Notes: generated from the sequence alone by a model not told the origin. A DNA stretch of 64,000 nt from Eledone cirrhosa (GCA_964016885.1 OZ024743.1:123442001-123506000), one strand, 5' to 3'; shown: positions 10,844-24,867, numbered from the stretch's first letter. A program made the numbers and translations.

Positions 10844-13276
10844 ATTTAGGAGCAGTTTAGGTATGATACATTTTATTACTAATTATATCTAAATGTTTCT
10901 TCTCTCTTCATAATGTATTTTTAACTCTGATACTGGTTCAGTCTGGTTCAAACTGAATTGGTCTGTCCCAGTCATTCATTGAGCAACATCGGTGAAGTTG
11001 GCACCCTTAACTCACAGTTGGGTGCGGATGCATTCATGTATATATGTGTGTGTCCGCATGTATCTGTGTGTTTCTAAATATATTAATAACTCCCTCTGGT
11101 CGAGCAATCTTTGAAGTGTGGGGACAACTGGAAAGCTTCCATTACTCATACTTCTCGCCTTCTTCACTACCTCTTCTACGGCCTCGATATGAATACCCCC
11201 TCCGCCTCCGTGGTATTTTCTTCGTGGTTATAAGAGGCTTAGCTCTGTTTCTCGACCGTTATATCGCGTGACTATCTCCCCCTCCGCCTTTTGGGATTCT
11301 TTCTCACGTCGTGCAGACGCGTTCTTGAGACTAGTAAAATGAGGTATCCTCTTGATAAGTTGGCAGACCTCGCAAGGACTCTATATCTTTGATATATTGT
11401 TTTTGTTTATGCCACGAAACTACGTAGTCGAGGAATTTAGGAGCAGTTTAGGTATGATACATTTTATTACTAATTATATCTAAATGTTTCTTCTCTCTTC
11501 ATAATGTATTTTTAACTCTGATACTGGTTCAGTCTGGTTCAAACTGAATTGGTCTGTCCCAGTCATTCATTGAGCAACATCGGTGAAGTTGGCACCCTTA
11601 ACTCACAGTTGGGTGCGGATGCATTCATGTATATATGTGTGTGTCCGCATGTATCTGTGTGTTTCTAAATATATTAATAACTCCCTCTGGTCGAGCAATC
11701 TTTGAAGTGTGGGGACAACTGGAAAGCTTCCATTACTCATACTTCTCGCCTTCTTCACTACCTCTTCTACGGCCTCGATATGAATACCCCCTCCGCCTCC
11801 GTGGTATTTTCTTCGTGGTTATAAGAGGCTTAGCTCTGTTTCTCGACCGTTATATCGCGTGACTATCTCCCCCTCCGCCTTTTGGGATTCTTTCTCACGT
11901 CGTGCAGACGCGTTCTTGAGACTAGTAAAATGAGGTATCCTCTTGATAAGTTGGCAGACCTCGCAAGGACTCTATATCTTTGATATATTGTTTTTGTTTA
12001 TGCCACGAAACTACGTAGTCGAGGAATTTAGGAGCAGTTTAGGTATGATACATTTTATTACTAATTATATCTAAATGTTTCTTCTCTCTTCATAATGTAT
12101 TTTTAACTCTGATACTGGTTCAGTCTGGTTCAAACTGAATTGGTCTGTCCCAGTCATTCATTGAGCAACATCGGTGAAGTTGGCACCCTTAACTCACAGT
12201 TGGGTGCGGATGCATTCATGTATATATGTGTGTGTCCGCATGTATCTGTGTGTTTCTAAATATATTAATAACTCCCTCTGGTCGAGCAATCTTTGAAGTG
12301 TGGGGACAACTGGAAAGCTTCCATTACTCATACTTCTCGCCTTCTTCACTACCTCTTCTACGGCCTCGATATGAATACCCCCTCCGCCTCCGTGGTATTT
12401 TCTTCGTGGTTATAAGAGGCTTAGCTCTGTTTCTCGACCGTTATATCGCGTGACTATCTCCCCCTCCGCCTTTTGGGATTCTTTCTCACGTCGTGCAGAC
12501 GCGTTCTTGAGACTAGTAAAATGAGGTATCCTCTTGATAAGTTGGCAGACCTCGCAAGGACTCTATATCTTTGATATATTGTTTTTGTTTATGCCACGAA
12601 ACTACGTAGTCGAGGAATTTAGGAGCAGTTTAGGTATGATACATTTTATTACTAATTATATCTAAATGTTTCTTCTCTCTTCATAATGTATTTTTAACTC
12701 TGATACTGGTTCAGTCTGGTTCAAACTGAATTGGTCTGTCCCAGTCATTCATTGAGCAACATCGGTGAAGTTGGCACCCTTAACTCACAGTTGGGTGCGG
12801 ATGCATTCATGTATATATGTGTGTGTCCGCATGTATCTGTGTGTTTCTAAATATATTAATAACTCCCTCTGGTCGAGCAATCTTTGAAGTGTGGGGACAA
12901 CTGGAAAGCTTCCATTACTCATACTTCTCGCCTTCTTCACTACCTCTTCTACGGCCTCGATATGAATACCCCCTCCGCCTCCGTGGTATTTTCTTCGTGG
13001 TTATAAGAGGCTTAGCTCTGTTTCTCGACCGTTATATCGCGTGACTATCTCCCCCTCCGCCTTTTGGGATTCTTTCTCACGTCGTGCAGACGCGTTCTTG
13101 AGACTAGTAAAATGAGGTATCCTCTTGATAAGTTGGCAGACCTCGCAAGGACTCTATATCTTTGATATATTGTTTTTGTTTATGCCACGAAACTACGTAG
13201 TCGAGGAATTTAGGAGCAGTTTAGGTATGATACATTTTATTACTAATTATATCTAAATGTTTCTTCTCTCTTCATA

Positions 13277-13355
<79 letters not shown>

Positions 13356-13429
13356 GGGTGTGCTGCCCTACGGATAACATCTACTACAGAAATGATAAAT
13401 ACCTGTCTTTGGTCACGAATGACCATTGG

Positions 13430-13685
13430 ATTTACACTTAGAAATGTTCCCTTTGGGGCTTATCCCGCGCAGATTGTTTTTGTGGAAGACCAGTCTCCCC
13501 TCTCCCCGCCAGCGATGTTGTCCAAGAGAAAGGAAAAGGCCGATACAGTTAGGTACCAGTGACGTTACAACTCATTTCTACAGTTGTATCAACTGGAACA
13601 ACGTGAAATAGGACACAACGCATCACCCGGCCTGAGAATCGGACTCACAACCTCTTGATTGTGAATCCGTCTCTTTAACCACTAA
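13430..13685 (-). mobile_element. tRNA/CORE-type SINE
   Basis: aactggaacaacgtgaaat..ggacacaac..gagaatcggactcac..ttaaccactaa (B/A-box-like on minus). Related to 48740-49080 and 56880-57110. Confidence 0.5.
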
Positions 13686-14257
13686 ATATACACATACATA
13701 TATTACTATTGTCGCGTTTAATTTTTGGTGATGCAATCCTCCAAATCCGTCTCATTACACTGTTTCGAACGTCAAGCTTTTGCTAATATATTTAAAGCTT
13801 AATTTCCCTTGTTCCCAGTGGTAGTGGACCAATGGCCTTTGTTGCCCTTAGAATGCGTCTGGGTGTTGCATATAAAATTAGTTTTCTTGATTACATAGTA
13901 ATACATTTATTCTAAGGTTATTACATTCTTAAGGAAATCATTAAAAGCTCAGTTTACACTTTTATTTCTACTTTTATATTCATAATATATATTCCACAAT
14001 GAATATAATTACAATTATGTATGTTGTATAAAATATTTCTTAATGCGGTATTATTAGATTACGCTTAATTCAATGCGGCCTTCAAGCATTTTCTCACTCT
14101 GGTCTATCCCCTTTATATACCAGATATTTTTCTTTCCCCTTTGTCTCGTTTTCCCAACTCTGCTCTTTTTTCTCATAGTCCCTTTTCTTCATTCCTTCAC
14201 TCACTCGTTGTAATTCTCCCCTCAATCTCTCTCTTTCTTTCATTTATTATTTCTTTG

Positions 14258-14436
14258 GTAGTAACGGAAGAGAGTCGGCCGGCATGCTTTGACGCATAGA
14301 GTTACGGTCCTTGCCATTCTGAGTTCAAATCCCGCCGAGGTTAACTTTGCCTTTCATCCTTACGGGGGTCGATAAAATAAAGTACCAGTAATGCACTGGG
14401 ATAATTGCTGGCCTTGTGTCAAAAGTAGAAACAATT
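14258..14436 (+). mobile_element. tRNA-derived SINE
   Basis: B box gagttcaaatccc, then central ctttgcctttcatccttacgggggtcgataaaataaagtacc. Five copies in window. Confidence 0.8.
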
Positions 14437-15044
14437 ATTTATTTATTTCTCTCAAATACAAGTACAAACTGTCAAATCTTATGATTTTTCTCGCCTTTTC
14501 TCTATCACCAGACTTAAATTTTCTTGCATTTGTGTATCTCAGTTTTTTTTTTTTTTTTTTTTTTTTCCTCAGTATCTCATAGCTCTTCACATTTATTGGA
14601 AAAAAAACATACTACATTATATTTCACTGCATTCTAGATTGATAATGAGAGATGGGAATTCAAAGCTTTACATTATGACCTAAGCTCAGAACAGAAAGGA
14701 ATTAAACTGAAATTGTGTTTTTGATACTTCTAACACACATATATATCACTACATTATGTTGCTATACTTTAAAACCCCGAGGTTGTGTAACACATGACCG
14801 TCTCACCAACATATTTAATGTATATCTACACGAAACAACACTAGTATCAACAATAATTTCAACAAATTTGCACCAACAAGAAAACGTCTACATGGACACT
14901 CGACTTGTTAGAAATGGCAGCTAAATTTCCCTATCGACATATCATGGCTGGAAGATCTTAAATCATAGGTACGTACGTTCAGGATTAATCAGGGCTTAAA
15001 CACCACAGTTACAATAAAAAAACAAATTTAACAAAGAAAAAATT

Positions 15045-15144
<100 letters not shown>

Positions 15145-16955
15145 AAAATATGCACACATAAAAAAAAATATGTAAGACGAATGAACAGAAATTTCTTATC
15201 TCTTCGTCAGCCACCCCCCCTAGGAAATGCAATTTCATGCATAAGGGAGATATTTCATAATACTGCTCTCAGGTTACATGGCAGTTTAGTACAAGCCGCT
15301 GGAAAAATGCATATGAGACAACGCAACAACGTAGAGACAGAGAACAATTGTGTCTGGGACTGCAAAACGAGAACGTAAACGAATAATAAAAAGTCTTACG
15401 AATGGAAACAAAACTGGTTAAGTTGCAGACAAGTTGTGCAAATAGTAACGGGAGGAAAGTAATATAATTATACTTTTGTCAAAAAAGAAGAGAAAGAGTG
15501 TGAATATGATATGTATAGTTAGGATGAAGAACTAAACAATTATTTATCATGTGAATAACAATTTTAGATTAAAGTTATAATGTATTTAAGGTAACGATTT
15601 GATGGCATACTACTGATGAGATGTGAAGATGTTCATTTGAATAATAATGAACAATTTAACTATTTATCACATGCCTTTTCTTTTGCTTTTGAATCAGTAT
15701 TATCCCTTAAAATGTTACCATATATTTATATGCACCTAGAAAATATACAATTCCTGGGTTAATATTGAACTTTACTAGCAAATCGGATCTTCATGACTAC
15801 TATGCTACTGTTGTGTAAATACGGTAAATATTGTACATTTTAGTAAATATCACCTACAATAGTACGCATCATTTAATACAGTAATTGCGATAAATCATAT
15901 TTTACTGCAGTATTTTGTATTATTGTTATACTGCAGTAACTTATTTTTAACGCATTATTTTGATAGCCTTTCAACAACTTAACTGTCATCATTTACATTA
16001 TTCTATGAAAAACGTCTAAACCTTCACAATTTTTAACCTATAGATATATTTAAACTTGGCTTGAAAGAATAATCAATAGAATATTTTCTTCTCAGAAACA
16101 TAGCCATTAGTTGAAATCAAAACGGCTGGTTTCAAAGTTTTCCAAAAATGCTTGTCTACGAAAGAATAAAGGAGTCAAATATTTAGGTTATGACGATTTC
16201 AACAATGCATAATATCTTCAGAAATATATTTCACATAAATATGCAGTGAGAGAAAAAAAGTATAACAAAGATACAAGTCAATAATCCCATTGAAACCAAC
16301 CTCATGTTTTTCAATAAACTGAACCTAGGGCTGTATTCCCCATTAAATATATCATTTTGACACATCAAATATATTTGTATTCTCTTACGTACTATCACGC
16401 TGTTAGCCTGTGAGTATTTTCGTCACTGATGCTTATAAAACGTATCACAAACGCCAGTCATCGGTCATATTTATCTTGGAACTCTCAAATTAAATCTTCA
16501 TTCCAATGCACTGATATATATTTGGGAAATAGAATTCTCATCATGCCATATCACTTTCACGACTCATACAGCCTTAATATGGAAGAAGAACACAGATCTC
16601 CATCTAAAATCTCTCAAGAGACTAAAGGCCAGCAGGTCATTCTTGTTAGATGATGTAACATGACGGATTAAGCCAATGACATCTAAATGGAAGAAGCAGA
16701 CGTCCAAAACATTCAGGAATGAAAATTAATATTCAATATTTTTGTTGTTGTCTGTCGTCTGTTGCCTGTCAATCATCATCATCCTAATCAATATTCTCGC
16801 CATTATCATAACCAAGATAATCTTCTTTTTTGCCTTCTTATCCCTTTACTCTTCCTTCTTCTTCAATATATATGGAAGAAGAAGAAGAAGAAGAAGAAGA
16901 AGAAGAAGAAAAAAAATGGTGACGATGATAGTGATGATGCTGATGAGGATGAGGT

Positions 16956-17003
<48 letters not shown>

Positions 17004-17092
17004 CGATGATTCACATGTATATATAAGAGTATCTCTAATTGCCAGCCAGCTACATATTGGCGGCCTAGCAACACCTGATTCCACTACTAATA

Positions 17093-17163
<71 letters not shown>

Positions 17164-17232
17164 CTCTCTCCCCCTCTCTCTCTCTCCCTCTCTCTCCATA
17201 TATAAGTGTGTGTGTATGTGTATATATATGTA

Positions 17233-17281
<49 letters not shown>

Positions 17282-17447
17282 TAACAGATTATTAAAATAA
17301 ATATTTGCTCTACGGTTCTTATATATTTGATATATATTTATCCTTATCGAGCCCTCTTTGGATTTTAGTCTTCAAATTTATTATTATTACTATATATATA
17401 TATATATACGTGGGAAAGTAAAATATATATATATATATACATATATA

Positions 17448-18198
17448 CGAGGTGTGTCAGAAAAGTTCCAGGACTGATGTCACAAAAGATTTATTTCAAA
17501 CCCAAACTTCACACTTACAGTTTTCTCCTTCAAAGTAATCCCCCTGGAGTCTAATGCACTTTTCCATCCTTTTGTGCCACGCTTGCATGCACTCCTAAAA
17601 GGATTCTTCCGGGATCCTCCGCAGTTCCGTCGTCACGGCCTTTTTGATGTCGTCCACGTCTTCAAAACGGGTCCCCTCTGGGTCGTACTCGAAGATCCAT
17701 GACTTATAACCGGTGATGACTGTCCCTAGCAAGTCTGGTTAGGTTTCAAGACGCTTGAGTATGTCCTGGCACACTAGCATGCGTCGACCCTTCTGGTCAT
17801 CGTTCAGCAGTTTTGGCACCATCTTCGCGCAGACTTTCCGCATGTCCAAATCTTCAGTGAGAATCTTCCAGACGCTGTCCCGATTCATGCCCAGCTCATT
17901 TGCAATCAGTCGATCGAACAGTCAGCCGACAATCGCTACGCACCATCTGCCCGACGCGCTCAACGTTGACCTCAGTCCAGGTTGTTGAGGGCGTTCCGGT
18001 CCTGGGGTCATCTTCCACGTCCTCGCGTCCTTCTTTAAACTCTCCATACACTTGCTGCAGCAATCCCAGTGCTTCTGCAGAGAACTAAGATTATAGTTAC
18101 ATACTCCAGGGAGATTACTTTGAAGAAGAAAACTCTTAGTATGAAGTTTGCGTTTGAAATAAATCTTTTGTGACATCAGTCCTGGAACTTTTCTGACA
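17448..18198 (-). mobile_element. Internally deleted mariner
   Basis: ~100-bp TIRs (cgaggtgtgtcagaaaagttccaggactgatgtc), TA flanks, transposase remnant with YDPE|GTRF junction. Confidence 0.9.
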
Positions 18199-18237
18199 TA
18201 TATATATATAAATATATATATATAAATATATATATAT

Positions 18238-18342
<105 letters not shown>

Positions 18343-18540
18343 GTATTTTTGAAATAAATCCACCTTGTTTTGCCAGGCGGCAACGCAAGTCGTATTAATC
18401 TGGGTTGACTCTTGCTCACTCAATGAGGCAATAAATGAACTTTCGAATCAAAATGGACTTCTTATATCTAGTGGGGAAACAACAAAACATGAACAAATCC
18501 AAAGGGATGAATATTGAATGAGTATATATATATATATATA

Positions 18541-19150
18541 TTAAAATAACAGATTAAAGTTTAAGCAAAGAATCGCTGCTTTCACCCTTCTGAAACTAAA
18601 AAAAATCAATCTGTGGACGTAGAAGTAAATATTTCGAAAAACCTTACAACCGACGGAAAACAGGAAGATAATACTTTGGTTCGTGAAGACGTCCCCTGGC
18701 AATCAACGGGAAAAAAGCGAGGATAATTACGTCGTTATGTGGAGTTAGAAAAACAATTTCATGCAAAGACAAAAAACACGTTTATGGAATAAAGGGAGTC
18801 GTTAGACTGATATTCTATTTAGAATAACCGAATGATTTCCAGCTCCGGGTTTTAAGAATAATGTAAATAAAATTGTTACACGAAAATAAATGGCCAGGGA
18901 ACGTCTTCATGAACCAAAGTATCGTCTTCCTGGATTCCTTCGGTTGTAACGTTTTTCGAAATATTTTCTTCTGCACCACAGACTGATTTTTTTAGTTTCA
19001 GAAGATCCTGTTAAGGGTGAAAGCAGCGATTCTTTGCTTAAACGTTAATCTGTTCTTATAACAAATATTTGCTCTGCGGGTTTATATATATTATATATAT
19101 ATATATTCCTTATCGAGCCCTCTTCGAATTTTTGTCTTCACATTTATTAT

Positions 19151-19155
<5 letters not shown>
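18541..19155. repeat. (TA)n-flanked fold-back repeat (arms ~18545-18700 and ~18895-19055); short copy at 17276-17390
   Basis: Arms are imperfect reverse complements. Right end shared with 17300-17390. Confidence 0.75.
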
Positions 19156-19245
<90 letters not shown>

Positions 19246-20176
19246 CATACATAGATAGATAAATATATGTATATAGAGAGAGGTCAGATTTTCTTTAGAG
19301 ATGCCTTTATTCATGTCACACGATAACTCATGGGATATGATGCAAACAAAGATGCAAACACAGAAGATAGATATATGTAGATATAAAATCTTCACATAAC
19401 CCTGATGATTACTGGAATGAAATCCAAATGCAATATGGCTGGCCCCATAATCTATAGCAGTAAATGCAATTTCCTGTGCGTGCACCCTCATGGTTTCTGG
19501 CTTAAAGACTCAGAACATATTTGAGATGAAGGCGACCCCGGGATTGTTTCTATCCTTCTTTACTTGTAACGACTCACTTTATAAGTGAGTCGTTACAAGA
19601 ATAGGTGCTATGGAGTATTAATCACATCAGTTGCATGTTAAAAATAGGTTTTCCCTTTACATACACTTATATACATTAATAGATACATACTAATCACACA
19701 CTCACAGAAAACCACCTGCTAGTTAAAAATATAGATACACTTACTCTGGCCATCATCATAAAATACAAATGAAGAAAGTATAATTGTACTGTAACAGCTT
19801 AATATAATATTGAACTACCGGATCATAAATTCTATAAAATTCCCTGCTAGTGTTTAGCTGTATATCTATTTGACCATCGCACTTATTCCTCGGAACATTA
19901 ATTCATCTAGTCCTCCGTAATGAGTACCATATCATTGAGGAATGCTCCTTAGCATTGACTGGCATCCTAAGCATAAAATGCACTAAATGGGATGAAATCG
20001 AACCCGGTTACTAGTACTTAAAAGCACCCTACCCCATCTCAGGTCAGAAGAAACATTTAAATTATTTTTCAAAATAGATTTTAGTTCTTTGCAGTAGATT
20101 TACTTCAGAAGAATATACATAACCATCAATATGTACAGCAACAGATAAAATAATATTGAAAAGTTCTTGATGATTA

Positions 20177-21920
20177 CACCGTGTAACATATTTTTTGTTC
20201 CCCGGTTCTAAGTGTCATTTCATGGTTTGTTATATCCCATTATTATTTTTAAAAAACACTATTATTTAATCAGAAGTTTGGGTTTGTGGTCAGGAGTTTG
20301 ATATTTAGAAATTGACATATTTTTCAAGAAAAAACACATTTTTTTTTAAATTTATCAATTCATATATTTAATTCAAAAGAGTATATATTTATTTTATTAC
20401 ACAAGCTTATCAAAAGCAAACAAGTAAAAACAAATAACACTTATAAAGCAACTTATACACGTCAGAAATGACTGGATTTCCTGTATTTGCGGTTGTAGTC
20501 CAGGTCGCATTCCCGCACTAGCCCACAGATATAGTCCCCCATCATTTTTTTCATTGCAGTGGCCCTGGTACCTCCGCTTTATCTCTTTCACATCTTGGTG
20601 CAATCGTTCTCCTTGTTCTTCTGAGTAGGCGCCCATATTGTCCTTGAATTTTTCCAGGTGAGCGTCCAGCATATGGAGTTTAAGCGACATCCTGCATTCC
20701 ATGGCGCCAAACGCCTTTATCAGATCCTGCACCAGTTGCTGGTAGTTTTCAGCTCTGTAGTTGCCCAGGAAGCCCTTAACAACTGCCTTGAAACAGTTCC
20801 ATGCTGTTCTCTCAATCCTTTTGAGCTTATTGGAGAACTCGGTAGACTCAAACACCTTCTTTATCTGAGGTCCAAAAAAAATTCCACCTTTGATTTTGGC
20901 CTCAGATAACTTGGGGAAGAACTCAAGAAGGTACTTAAAAGCGGCTGATTCTTGGTTGAGAGCCTTCACAAACTGCTTCATCAACCTCAACTTAATGTGC
21001 AGTGGCGGCATGAGCACAATCCTGGAATCAACCAGTGGCTCCCACATGACGTTCCAGGTCCCAACTACAAATTCTCTTCGCTGCTCCCGGTTCTTTCTTT
21101 TGTAGTGGTCAGAGGTGGCTCTGCTGTCCCAAAGGCAGAGGAAGCATTGGAATTTGATAAAGCCTCCTTGGAGTCCAAGCAGGAACTCCACCATCTTGAA
21201 GTCTCCAAGGATTTCCCAATTGTACTGGTTGTATTGCAGAGCTTCCAAGAGGACTTTCACACTGTAGTAATATTCCTTCAGGCAGACTTAATAAGCTAGG
21301 GGCAGTGTCGGGAACTTGTTTCCATTGTGGAGGAGGACAGCCTTCAAACTTGTGGTGAAGCTGTCTATAAATAGCCGCCACTCCTTGGGCACAAACGGCA
21401 CCCCAATAACGTCAAACAGTCCAGGCACGTCATGGCAAAAGCAGAGGCGATCCCTAAGAGTGTAAAAGCCTGAGAAAGGTTTGTGTCGACTTATCTGACT
21501 TGTCACCAGCACTTCCTCCTTGACCATGTTCCACTGCTTCATCCTGGAGACGAATGCTTAAAACGTACCCTTTATTCAGGGTGCGAAAATCCAGTATCAA
21601 TAAATCTCTTTAATCCACTTTTTAACAATTTTATACTTTATTGCACTTTTATAATTTTCTTTAGGTATTACTCTTTATTTTATAATTTTAATTTAACCTG
21701 AAACATATGTAAAACAAATCATTTAACATAAGCAAATTAAACTTACAAACAACGTAAAATCCAGCATACAAATAATTCTAGTGAATAGCTTAGAATTTTT
21801 ACAAACCCAAACTTTTAACTGTTTAATAGCACTTTTTTTTTTATTTATTTGAGACCTAAGCAACACAAAAAAGTGATTACAAGCCAGGAACAGAGACAAA
21901 TTATTTTTTGTTACACGGTG
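20177..21920 (-). mobile_element. Chapaev3-type (CMC) DNA transposon, 5'-deleted transposase
   Basis: TIR CACCGTGTAACA, TTA target duplication (20174-20176 and 21921-21923), motifs SLKAVLLHNGN, CFLCLWDSRA, PPLHIKL, SEEQGERLHQD. Confidence 0.85.
20397..21542 (-). pseudogene. Chapaev3-like transposase, disrupted
   Basis: ORFs 21288-21542 and 20397-21260, separated by an in-frame stop, with a C-terminal frameshift. Confidence 0.8.
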
Positions 21921-22949
21921 TTATTAGAAAAGCTTTAATGACTCTTTAACTCATTTTAAATGTCACAAAACTTTATTCCCATTTAGAACCATGTAGCGAA
22001 ATGCTGGAGATCAACAGTGCTTTTCTAAACAAAAATAGCATGTTGTTTTTTTTCTTTTTTGAGCCATGGGAGTCTTGTCCTCGTTTTTTTCTTTGTGTAT
22101 TTTTTTTATGTGAGTACGGTTTGATACATCATGAAAAAAATCATCAGAGTTATTTTAACTTTAAATTAGCTCTTGTCACGTAAGGATTACTTTTGGGGTT
22201 GCTATTTCCCCCCACTTGAACTATATTTAAAAGTGGCTGCTGAGATGATTTTTTTATGGTTTGATATATATAAAGGATTTTGAATGAACGTCGCCCTTCC
22301 CTCAGTTAGATGTGCTCCATACTCTATCAGTTGTTCGCAATGTGCCAGCATTATTTCATTTCTTCCAGTTCGTAATATATGTTAACTTGTTTAATTTAAA
22401 TCACTTAAAATTCTCTGTTTTGCATATGTTTGATTTTTTTTTTTCATTTGTACTTTTTACAATTTCCCTGCTCTAGTTTTCACAGAAAATAATTATCATA
22501 TCTTCCTCAAAGTATGGTTTCATTCAATTCTATTTCATAAATTCTTTTCTTTCTTTCTTGTTAGAAATATTTCTTAAAATTCACTACATACAAAATTTGG
22601 AGGCGTTTATTTTTATACAAAGAACACATATTCTCACGATCACAAATCTTTTATTTAGGTTATTTCAGAAACGAAAATCAATTATAGTCACACCCAACTA
22701 AAATTCATCCTATTTATTTGACATAACACCTTTAAGGTTTCACTAAACAAGATATCGGCAATTCTTAGTAAAGCAATTGTCTCTGTATTTATATAGTGAA
22801 AAAGGTTTTTCGCCCCCAAAACACTAATATTATACTCACATACAATTAATAGAAATATCATTAGCAAATTTTCGATGAAGATATGTGTATACTGGCTTAT
22901 AAGTCACATAAATAAATATGCAAGATAATAATATTCAATGTATATAAAT

Positions 22950-23160
22950 AATGGTTTCTTATATAGGCACAAGGCCAGTAATTTGGGGGGAGGGGAAAGT
23001 CGATTAAATCGATCCCAGTGCATTACTGATACTTTATTTTATCGACCCCGTAATGATGAAAGGCAAAGCTAACCTCGGCGGGATTTGAACTCAAGACATA
23101 AAGGGTCATTACTCTATGCTGCAAAGCATAGTGTCCGACGCTTTATCGATACTGCTAATC
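22950..23160 (-). mobile_element. tRNA-derived SINE
   Basis: Reverse complement of the 14258/23404 family. Confidence 0.8.
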
Positions 23161-23403
23161 TTCAATGTATATAAGTAATATACAAGTAATGTATTTTGAT
23201 AGAAACGGTAGAGCATCAGTCAAAAGGACATGTGTATTTTGTACCGACGTTCTGAGTTTAGGTCAATTGGCTTCGGCTTTCATTCTTATATATTTCTGTT
23301 ACTGAGGTTGACTATCATCTCATCTAGCTAGCAATGCTGAATTTACCTCATCGACTAGGGTACCATCACTGTAACAAGTCGACAGAGATTATTTTCCCAC
23401 TAC

Positions 23404-23586
23404 AGGGCGGTGGGTTGGCAGTATCGGTAGTGCGTCAGACACCATGCTTTGCAGCATAGAGTTATGGCCCTTGACATTCTGAGTTCAAATCCCGCCGAGG
23501 TTAACTTTGTCTTTCACCCTTACGGGGTAGATAAAATAAAGTACCAGTAATGCACTGCAATAATTGCTGGCCAAAAGTAGAAACAA
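23404..23586 (+). mobile_element. tRNA-derived SINE, full length
   Basis: A box tggcagtatcgg, B box gagttcaaatccc, conserved central domain. Confidence 0.85.
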
Positions 23587-23770
23587 GTGCCAAAAGTAGA
23601 AACAATAATTTTCCACTACTACTTCTATTTCTACTGCCAACACCACCACCGCCTCCACTACTACTACTACTACTACTACTATTACTACTACTATTACCTT
23701 TTCTCCATTTCAGCCTTTCCTAATCACCTATGCTTTACACTCCCACACGCTTTTTCTCCTCACACAAAAT

Positions 23771-23881
<111 letters not shown>

Positions 23882-24628
23882 CATTTATGTTGGATGATTT
23901 AACTAATGTGTAGATCTGGTCATTCCGATTAGTAGATCGTGATGCAATAATCAAAAGCACTCAACAATATTGGTATCTCATGGTTGGTACAGGAACGGAG
24001 TTAAATATTTCAATGAAAAAAGAAAGCCGGATTCCAAATATTAATTTAATGTTTCATAACGAATTTCTATGGCTGACAGGCCCACATCATCAGCTCATGA
24101 CTCGAGATATGTGGTAGAGTCTTCTGGTGTAACGCTCATAACAAATTTAAAAGTTATGTAATCGCTTGTAGGAAAACGGCAAAATACAAACAAAGAATTG
24201 ATACGGGGTGATCCATCGGTCAATGCGACTTCTGTGACAGACGGCCTCCATATATACATAGATAGAGAGAGAGAGGGGAGTGAAAGAGGGAGGGTGAGAG
24301 AGAGAGAGGGTTGGAAGGAGAAAAATGAAATGCAATACAACTTGTAAGAGCATTAATATATATGTACATGTATGTATATTACTCAATTAATTGAAATTCG
24401 TTTCTTATTTTGAGTAAGAAAATAAAATCTAACTGTAATTTCTAGCGACTATCAAAGATGAGCGGAGATAAATATTTCATAAAATGAATTTAGACGTTTA
24501 GGTGAAAATGAAATTCTTTTGTTCTTTCTGTGGACATGTTTCGGTGTAATTGAATTACATTGGGTTAGCATAACGTGCCAATGCCTATAGACACCCACGC
24601 ATATTACCTATGTATGTATGTATACATA

Positions 24629-24753
24629 CGTCGAAACGGCTTGAGCTCTGCCGTCGGGATCAAATATTTTTCTATTACCCACTCTACTACCCTAAGTATT
24701 GAGTACTCTGGTGCGTTATGGTCCATCTGGTTCCTTACCACACTTCCTTCGTT
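24629..24753 (+). repeat. Family I 3' end (half hammerhead) running into (TA)n
   Basis: gtcGAAAcggc ttgagctct gccgTCggg. Matches 42218-42338. Confidence 0.65.
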
Positions 24754-24760
24754 ATATATA

Positions 24761-24816
<56 letters not shown>

Positions 24817-24867
24817 TAATAAAAACAATGAATAAAAACAAAGAACAAGTTCCTTATATTAAAAAAT

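Larger units (their letters stand above)
8235..13281. mobile_element. 591-bp tandem array 1 (retrozyme-like): ~3.4 units minus + ~5.2 units plus, in (TA)n
   Basis: Exact 591-bp period. Inversion at 10235-10239 through aaact microhomology. One HHR per unit. Confidence 0.9.

Noticed and set aside
8640-13044. Repeated 75-aa ORF (MCVSACICVF...) in the 591-bp unit
   Set aside because: No recognisable motif, starts in a TG-rich patch, and identity just reflects array youth. Translation is not excluded but is unsupported.
8235-13281. CRISPR array or assembly fold-back artefact
   Set aside because: No repeat-spacer pattern. Asymmetric arms, microhomology junctions and a second array with its own variants and the same termini argue against artefact, though copy number needs reads.
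15273-15386. Possible terminal host exon (ctctcag|VTWQFSTSRWKNAYETT...*)
   Set aside because: Plausible acceptor, but no recognisable homology or partner exons. Needs RNA-seq.
18998-19040. CAGAAGA-tcc..ggt-GAAA hammerhead-like motif
   Set aside because: U4 is missing and there is no stem I/III pairing.
19395-19540. Possible exon (MRVHAQEIAFTAIDYGASH) and a CTGATGA...GAAA motif at ~19402
   Set aside because: No clear splice pair or homology, and stems I and III do not form.
23404-23500. tRNA genes
   Set aside because: A/B boxes belong to SINE heads and no full cloverleaf forms.
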